From contig JAEOTS010000171.1 of the NCBI GenBank assembly GCA_016839745.1, forward strand, positions 1 through 14,772: a DNA stretch of 14,772 nt. Direction: 5' to 3'. The notes under the pieces are model-generated. The model made no database searches. It was not told the DNA's origin and saw only the letters and a program-made list of their open reading frames with translations. The DNA comes from Promethearchaeota archaeon (GTDB lineage Archaea; Asgardarchaeota; Lokiarchaeia; Sigyniarchaeales; SOKP01). Both the position numbers and the translations under genes were made by a program. Shown here in pieces: positions 1-8,063 of the stretch (positions are counted from its first letter, which is position 1; each line of letters begins with the position of its first letter).

Positions 1-1
1 A

Positions 2-136
2 AATTATGATGAAAAAAAAGAAGTATATAAAATGGGTGGCAAAATAGTAGAAACTAAAAGTATAACTACCCATGCTATAGTGAGAGACGAGGATGAATGG
101 GCTTGCACCATAGCTGCCGCAATATTTGTTATTTAA
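2..136 (+). CDS. pdaD: 3' end of pyruvoyl-dependent arginine decarboxylase (partial, runs off the left edge)
   Basis: Frame 2 is open from the edge to TAA at 134-136 and reads NYDEKKEVYKMGGKIVETKSITTHAIVRDEDEWACTIAAAIFVI*. This resembles the PdaD C-terminus (..DEKKE.WK.SGKIV.T.NITQSA......WTTV.AAAV..) as I recall it. Only 44 codons are visible. Confidence 0.7.
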   Translation, partial: NYDEKKEVYKMGGKIVETKSITTHAIVRDEDEWACTIAAAIFVI

Positions 137-212
137 AATCCCCAATTTTTTATCGTTATTTCTACTTATTTTCAGTTTTAAAAGCTATAACTAAAAATAA
201 TTCTTTTTAAGG

Positions 213-237
213 GTTAATTTTCTAATTAGAAATTAAC
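213..237. promoter_or_regulatory. Near-perfect palindrome upstream of asnS (candidate operator)
   Basis: GTTAA-T-TTTCTAATTAGAAA-TTAAC: a perfect 14-bp palindrome (219-232) extended by GTTAA/TTAAC with one bulged T. Function is inferred only. Confidence 0.35.
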
Positions 238-264
238 TATATATTTTCATCAATATTTATTTAA

Positions 265-1575
265 TTGGGTATTATGACTGAATTAAAATACATAACAATT
301 GAAGAAGCCATAAATAACAAACTTCAAACTGTAAATTTGAGAGGATGGGTATATCGAGAACGCAAAAGCAATAAGTTCGTATTCATTGTGCTTAGAGACG
401 AGTCTGACATCATCCAGTGCGTGATTTCTAAAAGCAAAAACGCTGAACTTTTTGAAAAGGCTGAAAAATTGACGATTGAATCTTCAGTAAAGATTACGGG
501 TGATTTAAAGGAAGATGAAAGAGCACCGACCGGATTTGAAGTTTCTGTAACGGAGATGGAAATTATACAAATTGCCGATCCTTTCCCAATTACAGAACAC
601 CAATCACCTGAGCTTTTATATGATAATAGGCACCTATGGATAAGATCAAGAAAATTGAACGCAGTGTTGAAAATCCGACATACGGTGGTCGGAGCAATTC
701 ACGAATTTTTTAGAAGTAGAGGTTATTACGAATTTGACGCTCCAATTTTTCAACCAAGCCAATCTGAAGGAGGCGCCACACTTTTTGAGGTTAAATATTT
801 TGAAGATATAATGTATCTTAGTCAAACTTGGCAGCTTTACGCTGAGGCAGGGATCTTTTCTCTAGGAAAGATTTATAATATGGGACCAACATTCCGAGCT
901 GAGAAGTCAAAAACATCAAGGCATTTAGCAGAATTTTGGATGGCAGAGATGGAAGCCGCTTGGATGACACTCGACGAGCTTACTGAAATAGCTAAGGATG
1001 AAATTAGATTTATTGTACAAGAAGTTTTAAAAAATAATAAGAAAGAACTTGAAATTTTAGAAAGGGATATTAAATTACTCGAACATTACGCAAAAGCAGA
1101 TTACCCTACTATCAAATATGCGGAAGCATTAGAAATTCTTAACAATGAATACCAGATGAATGTCCCATGGGGTAAAGACCTAAGAACGATGGAAGAAGCT
1201 AAAATTGCTGAACACTTTAAAGCCCCAGTGATCGTTACGCATTATCCTACAGAGATTATGGGTTTTTATAAACCACCAAGCGAGGAAAATCCAAGAGAAG
1301 CGCTTTGTTTTGACGCTTTAGCTCCAGAAGGATATTGTGAAATTATTGGGGGATCCCAAAGGAGCTTACTGGTTGATGATATGAAAAAACGATTAGAAGC
1401 AGATGGCGAAGACCCTAAGAATTATAATTGGTATTTTGCGTTGAGAAGTTTTGGAAGCGTACCTCATTCTGGTTACGGTTTAGGTGTGGAGCGTGTTGTT
1501 CAATGGATGTGCGGTTTAGATAATATTAAAGATGCAATTCCTTTCCCGAGAACTATGATAAGAAAATCACCTTAA
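265..1575 (+). CDS. asnS: Asparagine--tRNA ligase (class IIb, archaeal type)
   Basis: N-terminal OB-fold (LRGWVYRER..FVFIVLRD), RHLWIRS, EGGATLFEVKYF, YLSQTWQLYAE, motif 2 FRAEKSKTSRHLAEFWMAEME and motif 3 VPHSGYGLGVERVVQW..IPFPR. The FRAEKS.T.RHL.EFW and PHSG.GLG.ER signatures favour AsnRS over AspRS. The start may be ATG at 274 instead of TTG at 265. Confidence 0.92.
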   Translation: MGIMTELKYITIEEAINNKLQTVNLRGWVYRERKSNKFVFIVLRDESDIIQCVISKSKNAELFEKAEKLTIESSVKITGDLKEDERAPTGFEVSVTEMEIIQIADPFPITEHQSPELLYDNRHLWIRSRKLNAVLKIRHTVVGAIHEFFRSRGYYEFDAPIFQPSQSEGGATLFEVKYFEDIMYLSQTWQLYAEAGIFSLGKIYNMGPTFRAEKSKTSRHLAEFWMAEMEAAWMTLDELTEIAKDEIRFIVQEVLKNNKKELEILERDIKLLEHYAKADYPTIKYAEALEILNNEYQMNVPWGKDLRTMEEAKIAEHFKAPVIVTHYPTEIMGFYKPPSEENPREALCFDALAPEGYCEIIGGSQRSLLVDDMKKRLEADGEDPKNYNWYFALRSFGSVPHSGYGLGVERVVQWMCGLDNIKDAIPFPRTMIRKSP

Positions 1576-1593
1576 TCTAATTTTTGATTAATA

Positions 1594-2493
1594 TTAAGCG
1601 GTTTCTGCTTTTAATAATCCGCTTAGCTTTAAGCCGTTTATCATCATTTCAACGTTAAAGGTAAAAAACTTCTCGTTCCAAAATTTTGAATTTGGTATTA
1701 AGGCTCTACAATATTTACTTGTTATAAAGTCAATTGATGGGTTTTCGTTATACCATTCAATTAAGGAGCCCTTTACTTTAAAGTATAGATCTTCCATTTC
1801 GTCTAATATTTGTTCAAGGTGTTTATCTTTCCATACTCCAAAATGTGATAATGAGATTGAGTTTAGTTCGCTTCTCATATTTCGTAATTTATTAAATGTT
1901 TTAAGAAGTTCTTGTTCATGAAAATCAGGCGGCATTAGAGGAACAAAAAAGGCATCTTGGTCCAATCTATTTATTGCTGCATCTCCAGCGAATAAATTTT
2001 TATTTGTCTTATCAAATAAACCAATAGAATCCATGGTATGTCCAAAAAAATTTAGAACTTCTAGTTCTAATCCATTTATATCGATTTTGTCACCTTCTTT
2101 TAACGGAGTAATCTCTCCTTCAAAAGGATATACCTCATCAAATCCCTCAAATCCTTTAATCATTTTTTCCGGATATTTTAAATTTTTTACCGCATTTTCT
2201 GAAGCTAAAACTTCTACATCCAAATCTTTCATTGAATTATATAATTTTGAGATACCTTGAGCATGATCCCAATGAGAGTGAGTTAATACGATTTTATGAA
2301 TAGGATAAAGCCCAAAATCTTTGAGTTTTTTTATAACTTTACGAGCTTTTAATGTTTCTCCAACATCAATCATTAGTCGCATACCCTTGTTTTCAATAAC
2401 GTAAATTGAAAGAAATTTAGGCATTCCCATTGTCATTCCGTCTATTAGATAATAATTTTCGCCAAATTTCCCTTCAGAATTGATTATTACTAT
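1594..2493 (-). CDS. MBL-fold metallo-hydrolase
   Basis: Motifs IDVG, THSHWDH (HxHxDH), GHT, GDA and SHFG. The frame stays open upstream of the ORF-track ATG (2436) to ATA at 2493 (IVIINSEGKFGENYYLIDG-MTM), which is preceded by the RBS-like GGAAGGTGAT (2498-2507, minus strand). The family call is firm; the start is less certain. Confidence 0.85.
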   Translation of the reverse strand: MVIINSEGKFGENYYLIDGMTMGMPKFLSIYVIENKGMRLMIDVGETLKARKVIKKLKDFGLYPIHKIVLTHSHWDHAQGISKLYNSMKDLDVEVLASENAVKNLKYPEKMIKGFEGFDEVYPFEGEITPLKEGDKIDINGLELEVLNFFGHTMDSIGLFDKTNKNLFAGDAAINRLDQDAFFVPLMPPDFHEQELLKTFNKLRNMRSELNSISLSHFGVWKDKHLEQILDEMEDLYFKVKGSLIEWYNENPSIDFITSKYCRALIPNSKFWNEKFFTFNVEMMINGLKLSGLLKAETA

Positions 2494-2690
2494 TTAGATC
2501 ACCTTCCATTTTAGTGTTATGTTTTTTTTTGCTAAATTAATAAAGAAAATAGATTGTTTTGGATTTAAATTTTAAGGATGGAAATAGCAAAATGAATTGA
2601 ATTAAAAATGGGTAAAGTTTTTAGTTTTCCAGAATTTATATGTTTAAAAAATAAGGATTAACTGTTTTTAATTGATTCTCTTTTAGAGAT

Positions 2691-4181
2691 TTGGTGTCAA
2701 TGAAGCTCTATGAATACATGGGACATGAATTAATCGAAAGGATTAAAGATAGAGACATCAAGATACAAGAAATTCTTGAATCATGTTACGAGAGAATAGA
2801 CGAAGTTGAGTCTCAACTGCACTCATTTGTCAATCTCAATAAAGAAGAGAGTTCAAAAAAAGCAAAAAAATATGGTGAAAATTTAAAGAAAGGGAAAAAA
2901 ATAGGAAGCCTTTTTGGTTTACCCTTAGCAAATAAAGACCTTATTTCTATTAAAGATTTTCCTACTACTTGTTGCTCAAAAATATTACAAAATTATCGCC
3001 CTCCTTTTAACGCTTCAGTGATTGAAAGATTACTCGAGATTGAAAATGCGATTCATGTTGGAAATACAAATATGGATGAATTTGCGATGGGAGGATCCAC
3101 AGAAAATAGTTGTTATGGGCCTACCTTTAATCCATGGGATTTAACAAGGGTTCCTGGAGGATCAAGTGGAGGATCTGCTGCAGCAGTTGCTTCAGGTCAA
3201 GCTATTTTTGCTTTAGGTAGCGATACTGGGGGTAGTATTAGATGTCCTGCAGCTTTCTGTGGAGTTGTGGGATTGAAACCAACTTATGGTCGAGTATCGA
3301 GATATGGGTTGGTGGCATTTGCTAATTCACTAGATCAAATTGGCCCAATAACAAAGTGTGTATATGATTCAGCATTAATCCTTGAGGTTATTTCTGGGAA
3401 GGATCCCCTTGATTCGACTTCAGTAGAGATTAAAGTAGATAAATACACGAATGAAATAAAAAAACCTATTGAAAAAAAGGTACTCGGAATTCCAAAAGAA
3501 TTTTTTGGAGAAGGAATCGAGAAAGAAGTCAAAAATTCTATATACAAATCGATCGAGAAATTAGAAAGTTTAGGTGCCACTACAGTCGAAGTTTCAATTC
3601 CACATCTAGAATATACTATTGCTACATATTATTTGTTGTGTATGTGTGAAGCAAGCTCGAATTTAGCTAGATATGACGGATTGAGGTATGGAAAAGTAAG
3701 TGAGGATCTTTTCAGCGATGTTTATAGTGCGTTCAGTAGAACAAGAGGAGCTAATTTTGGTCCTGAAGTAAGAAGAAGGATTTATTTAGGAACATATGCC
3801 TTATCGGCAGGATATTATGACATGTTCTACATTAAAGCTTTGAAAGCTAGATCCTTGATTAGAAATGATTTTGTAGAAGCATTTAAGAAATGTGATTCTC
3901 TTGTCTGTCCAACTATGCCCTCAACAGCATTTAAGGTTGGAACATTAATTGATGATCCTCTGGAAATGTATACACAAGATATTTTAACTTGCTCTATCAA
4001 TTTAGCGGGAATACCAGCACTTTCAATCCCTTGTGGGTTTGATACCAATAATTTACCTATAGGTTTTCAGATTATTGGAGATTACTTTGATGAGAAAGGA
4101 ATTCTCAATATTGGTTATCAGCTTGAACAAGAGTTAGGTATTTTTCGAAAAAAACCCTCATTAAAACCTGGAGGTAGATAA
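2691..4181 (+). CDS. gatA: Asp-tRNA(Asn)/Glu-tRNA(Gln) amidotransferase subunit A
   Basis: Amidase signature: NKDL (catalytic Lys), TNMDEFAMGGSTENS, PGGSSGGSAAAVA, GSDTGGSIRCPAAFCG, KPTYGRVSRYGL. GatA-specific EASSNLARYDGLRYG and FGPEVRRRI.LGTYALSAGYYD. The start may be ATG at 2700. Confidence 0.96.
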   Translation: MVSMKLYEYMGHELIERIKDRDIKIQEILESCYERIDEVESQLHSFVNLNKEESSKKAKKYGENLKKGKKIGSLFGLPLANKDLISIKDFPTTCCSKILQNYRPPFNASVIERLLEIENAIHVGNTNMDEFAMGGSTENSCYGPTFNPWDLTRVPGGSSGGSAAAVASGQAIFALGSDTGGSIRCPAAFCGVVGLKPTYGRVSRYGLVAFANSLDQIGPITKCVYDSALILEVISGKDPLDSTSVEIKVDKYTNEIKKPIEKKVLGIPKEFFGEGIEKEVKNSIYKSIEKLESLGATTVEVSIPHLEYTIATYYLLCMCEASSNLARYDGLRYGKVSEDLFSDVYSAFSRTRGANFGPEVRRRIYLGTYALSAGYYDMFYIKALKARSLIRNDFVEAFKKCDSLVCPTMPSTAFKVGTLIDDPLEMYTQDILTCSINLAGIPALSIPCGFDTNNLPIGFQIIGDYFDEKGILNIGYQLEQELGIFRKKPSLKPGGR

Positions 4182-4182
4182 T

Positions 4183-5637
4183 CTGAGTAATCAAGACAAT
4201 GAGGTAATTATTGGATTAGAAGTCCATATTCAACTAACGAATCTAAAAACAAAACTATTTTGCAGTTGTAGTAATGATTATCGTGGTGCAGAGCCTAACA
4301 CTTACGTTTGCCCTATTTGTTTAGGTTTACCCGGATCCCTTCCAGTAATAAATAAGAAAACCATTGATTTTGCTACTAGATTAGCTTTAGCTTTAGAGTG
4401 CGACATTAACCATCAATTCTGGTTTTTTAGAAAGAATTATCACTATCCAGACTTACCTAAAGGGTTTCAGATTAGTCAATACAATAAAGCGGGAGGGAAA
4501 GCTTTTGCTGATGGTGGTAAAATTACGATTAGATTAAATAATCATAAAAAGGACATCATTTTAAACAGAATTCATCTCGAAGAGGATCCTGCGCGGTTAG
4601 TTCATAAGGGAAGTATAGCCTCTTCGCCATTTACATTAGTAGACTATAATCGTTCAGGTGTTTGTCTTATAGAAACTGTTACTGAGCCTGTAATTAGCTC
4701 ACCAGAGGAGGCGAGAGAATTTTTAAAACAATTAAAATCCATTGTTCAATATACTGGGATTTCAAATCTGGAAATGGAGGGTTCAGTTAGAGTTGATGCC
4801 AACATATCTATAAAAGGTCACGAGCGTAGCGAAGTAAAAAATATTAATAGTTTTAGAGAAGTTGAACGAGCGTTAAGGCATGAAATTATAAGGCAGAAAA
4901 ATGCAATCAAACGGGGGAAAGTATTAATCCAAGAGACGAGACATTGGGACGATAAAAGAAAAATTACAATATCACTGCGATCAAAAGAATTTGAAGAGGA
5001 TTATCGATATTTTCCTGAACAAGATTTAGTTCCAATTGAAATTGATGAAAATTTTATTCAGAGAGTAAAAGAGGCCCTTCCAGAAATGCCAAATGAAAGA
5101 GCTCAGAGACTTCGTAGAGAATATATGCTATCTGAATTCGACTCTGAAAATTTAGTCTTAGATAAACGCATCGCTGACTTTTACGAGGAAGGTGCCAACG
5201 CAGATCCCTCCTTTGGATCTTCAGAATATAAACAATATTGTAACTGGTTGATGAATAATATTTCTGGTTGGTTAAATGAGCAAAATACAACAATCGATAA
5301 AACCAGAATTACTCCTAAACATTTAGAAGATTTAATCAAATATATAAGAGAAGGAAAAATCACCAATAAAATTGCTAAGAGTTTTGTAGATGATATGATG
5401 CAGGGAAAATCTGTTTCACAAATTATTAAAGAGAGGGGTAAAACGCGACTTTCTGACGAAAAACTCATTGAAAAGCATTGTAGAGATGTTATCGAAGAAA
5501 ATCCACAGATAGTTAAAGATTATATTAAGAATCCAAAAGCATTAGAGGCTTTAATTGGGAGAGTCATGGCAAAAACAAAAGGGCAGGCCGATCCTGCGAT
5601 AACAAGAGATTTGATTTTGGGTTTATTGAAAAAATAA
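4183..5637 (+). CDS. gatB: Asp-tRNA(Asn)/Glu-tRNA(Gln) amidotransferase subunit B (CTG start; about 484 aa)
   Basis: The frame of ORF 4774..5637 is open back to 4183 and contains IGLEVHIQL, KTKLFC, PNTYVCPICLGLPGSLPVIN, RKNYHYPDLPKGFQISQY, RIHLEEDPA, VDYNRSG, EGSVRVDANISI, SEVKNINSF, QETRHWD and KEFEEDYRYFPEQDL, plus a C-terminal Yqey domain. GGAGGT at 4170-4175 lies 7 nt before CTG at 4183. Confidence 0.95.
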   Translation: MSNQDNEVIIGLEVHIQLTNLKTKLFCSCSNDYRGAEPNTYVCPICLGLPGSLPVINKKTIDFATRLALALECDINHQFWFFRKNYHYPDLPKGFQISQYNKAGGKAFADGGKITIRLNNHKKDIILNRIHLEEDPARLVHKGSIASSPFTLVDYNRSGVCLIETVTEPVISSPEEAREFLKQLKSIVQYTGISNLEMEGSVRVDANISIKGHERSEVKNINSFREVERALRHEIIRQKNAIKRGKVLIQETRHWDDKRKITISLRSKEFEEDYRYFPEQDLVPIEIDENFIQRVKEALPEMPNERAQRLRREYMLSEFDSENLVLDKRIADFYEEGANADPSFGSSEYKQYCNWLMNNISGWLNEQNTTIDKTRITPKHLEDLIKYIREGKITNKIAKSFVDDMMQGKSVSQIIKERGKTRLSDEKLIEKHCRDVIEENPQIVKDYIKNPKALEALIGRVMAKTKGQADPAITRDLILGLLKK

Positions 5638-5665
5638 TTAAGAAGTAGATAAAATGCTATTTTTC

Positions 5666-6022
5666 TTATAGATGCTCTCTAAGAACATCTGCTGCAGCTC
5701 CTAATTTTAGATTAATAATACCGAGTTTTGCGTCAGTCGTTGCAATTATTGTTAAAATGCTTCCTTTAATCTCGGAAAAAAGTATTCTTCCTTTAGCACT
5801 TTCAATAATAGCGTTATAAAACTGCCCTTGCTCAAGTTCTTTTGTTGCTCTTTGAGAAGCTTTTAGAATAAGAGTAACCATAGCAGCAACTGCTTCTGGA
5901 TCAACCCAACCCGGTAAGGCACTACCTTTAATCAAACCGAATTTCTCGATAATTGCTGCCCCATGGACTCCTTTTATCGACTTAAGGCTTTCCAGAACCT
6001 CCTGAATCCTTTCTTCACTCAT
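5666..6022 (-). CDS. Roadblock/LC7 (MglB/LAMTOR2-like) domain protein
   Basis: 118 aa with the roadblock pattern: N-terminal helix, GVHGAAII..FGLI.GSAL, helix DPEAVAAMVTLIL.AS.RA..EL.QG, strands IIES..GRILF and ILTIIA, and AKLGII. Confidence 0.88.
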   Translation of the reverse strand: MSEERIQEVLESLKSIKGVHGAAIIEKFGLIKGSALPGWVDPEAVAAMVTLILKASQRATKELEQGQFYNAIIESAKGRILFSEIKGSILTIIATTDAKLGIINLKLGAAADVLREHL

Positions 6023-6096
6023 TCAACTCATTTCAATTTATGTATTTAGAATTATTAGAATAATCTTGTTATTGATATTTAAGATTTAATATTATT

Positions 6097-6123
6097 TAAG
6101 TATAGAAATTTTAACTATACTTA
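6097..6123. promoter_or_regulatory. 9-bp inverted repeat in the divergent roadblock/amidohydrolase intergenic region
   Basis: TAAGTATAG (6097-6105), 9-nt spacer, CTATACTTA (6115-6123). Confidence 0.4.
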
Positions 6124-6180
6124 GAAGATGAAATTTCTTATTTATAAAAAAATATTAATAAACCTACATTTTGGTAAATC

Positions 6181-7608
6181 ATGGTTAGACAAGCTATCAA
6201 ATGGGTAAAAGCAAATCAAGATTTATTGATTGATATCAGTGATCAAATTTGGGAATTCGCTGAATTAGGACTAGAGGAATATAAATCGTCAAAACTCTTA
6301 ATTAAAACTTTAAATGAAGCTGGGTTTTCAGTAAAATCGAACGTTGCAGATATGTCAACTGCTTTTTACGCGGATTATGGAAAAGGAAAACCGGTTATTG
6401 GGATTTTAGGTGAATATGATGCGCTCCCAGGGCTTAGTCAAAAAGCACTACCTTTTAGAGAGGTTTTAACTGAAGGTGCACCGGGGCATGGATGTGGTCA
6501 TAATCTTTTAGGAGTAGGATCGTTAGGAGCAGCATTAGCGGTTAAAGAAGCAATTGATACAGGTGATGTCAAGGGAAATATTCGCTTTTATGGTTGTCCG
6601 GCTGAGGAAACATTCAATTCAAAGGGATATATGATACGAGAAGGATTGTTCGATGATGTGGATATAGCAATGACATGGCATCCGGATAACTTTAATAGGT
6701 TAAATTTGATGAGTTCTTTAGCCGTGAATTCAGTTGTGTTTAAATTTCACGGACGCACTGCTCATGCTGCGGGAGACCCTCAAAATGGAAGGAGTGCATT
6801 AGACGCTGTTGAGTTGATGAATATTGGAGCTAATTTTATGCGGGAACACATGCTTCCTGATGCGAGATTACATTATGTTATAACTAAGGGGGGCGATGCT
6901 CCAAATGTGGTCCCCGCTGAAGCAGAAGTGTACTATTTTGTGCGTGCTCCAGAACGGCACCAGGTTGAAGAATTGTACACCAGACTTATAAATGTAGCGA
7001 AAGGAGCAACACTAATGACTGAAACAACGATGGAGATCGACTTTTTAAGTGGTATGTATAATACAATGTATACCGAAGTAGTTTCTGATGTAATTTCTAA
7101 TTCAATGAGGAATGTAGGCGCTCCAAGATTTAATAAAGACGATAAAATCTTTGCAAACGAACTTAAAAAATCAATGCCAAAAGATTCCCTTGAAGGTTTT
7201 TATCGCTTGATCCCTCCCGAAATGATGGAAATGGCAAAAGCGATTTTCAGCCAACCTTTAAATAAAATAATAATCCCGCCAATTGGAAAAGGTAAAGTTG
7301 ATCCAGGATCTACAGATGTAGCTGACATTTCTTGGAAAGTACCTCTTGGAGAATTTACGACCGCTTGTGAAGCTATGGGCTCTCCGGGGCACTCATGGCA
7401 AAATGTAGCAACATCTGGAATGAGTATTGGGCATAAGGGAATGCTAACCGCAGCAAAAATATTAGCGATATCAGCCCTCGATTTTATGAGAAATCCAGAT
7501 TTAGTAGAGAAAGCCAGTAAAGAACACGATCATACTCATAAAGATAACCCATATATATCTCCCCTTCCTGAAGGTTTGAAACCACCTTATCATAGGTTGA
7601 AGAAATAG
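6181..7608 (+). CDS. M20 family amidohydrolase, AbgB (p-aminobenzoyl-glutamate hydrolase subunit B)-like
   Basis: Motifs IGILGEYDALPGLSQ, GHGCGHNLLG, GCPAEE, WHP, GRTAHAAGDP.NGRSALDAVELMN, GGDAPNVVP, GSTDV.DISW.VP and PGHSWQ. Confidence 0.9.
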   Translation: MVRQAIKWVKANQDLLIDISDQIWEFAELGLEEYKSSKLLIKTLNEAGFSVKSNVADMSTAFYADYGKGKPVIGILGEYDALPGLSQKALPFREVLTEGAPGHGCGHNLLGVGSLGAALAVKEAIDTGDVKGNIRFYGCPAEETFNSKGYMIREGLFDDVDIAMTWHPDNFNRLNLMSSLAVNSVVFKFHGRTAHAAGDPQNGRSALDAVELMNIGANFMREHMLPDARLHYVITKGGDAPNVVPAEAEVYYFVRAPERHQVEELYTRLINVAKGATLMTETTMEIDFLSGMYNTMYTEVVSDVISNSMRNVGAPRFNKDDKIFANELKKSMPKDSLEGFYRLIPPEMMEMAKAIFSQPLNKIIIPPIGKGKVDPGSTDVADISWKVPLGEFTTACEAMGSPGHSWQNVATSGMSIGHKGMLTAAKILAISALDFMRNPDLVEKASKEHDHTHKDNPYISPLPEGLKPPYHRLKK

Positions 7609-7734
7609 ATTTTTTAAAGGTTCTAACTTTTTTCTTTTCTTTTCAATTAGAGACATTTAAAAACAAAAATTGGACTCTCTAAGAGATTAATATCCTTTTC
7701 TACTTTTTTTATTAAGAATAATGAATATGGTGGA

Positions 7735-8022
7735 ATGGATATGAGTAAAGTAATAAAATGGCAGTATCCTGACTTATTTGAACCAAGAAGAGAGAAGTTA
7801 GTGAATCTCCTTCTAAGCGAGATTATTTTTTTAAAAAGTCATTTAAAGAAACTAACTTTAAATGAAAAAACTGAAAGTATTGAAATCGCCTTGAATAAGT
7901 TAGATTACCTACTAAATACTCTAAAAAACAATAATACAGAATTATCTGATAAAGATTTTGATAAAGTAGTACTAATCATCTATCAAATATTCCAAGAGAT
8001 CGTCAATAAATTAGAGTGTTAA
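7735..8022 (+). CDS. Hypothetical small helical protein
   Basis: A 95-codon ORF filling an otherwise empty gap, with amphipathic Leu-rich helices. GGTGG at 7729-7733 fits ATG at 7741 better than 7735. Confidence 0.65.
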   Translation: MDMSKVIKWQYPDLFEPRREKLVNLLLSEIIFLKSHLKKLTLNEKTESIEIALNKLDYLLNTLKNNNTELSDKDFDKVVLIIYQIFQEIVNKLEC

Positions 8023-8024
8023 TT

Positions 8025-8050
8025 AAAAATAAAAAAAACAAAAAAAATTG
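8025..8050 (-). terminator. Oligo-T tract downstream of the SDR gene (archaeal-type terminator)
   Basis: The plus strand reads aaaaataaaaaaaacaaaaaaaa, giving T-runs on the minus strand just after the SDR stop, between convergent genes. Confidence 0.45.
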
Positions 8051-8063
8051 AGAGAAATTTTAG

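Noticed and set aside
2033-5468. Antisense ORFs 2033..2260, 3335..3580, 3827..4048, 5054..5293 and 5181..5468
   Set aside because: They lie fully inside well-supported genes on the opposite strand and have no recognisable motifs; shadow ORFs.
4774-5637. gatB as a truncated 287-aa gene or pseudogene
   Set aside because: The frame is uninterrupted back to CTG 4183 with all N-terminal motifs intact. The truncation is an artefact of the start-codon set used by the ORF track.
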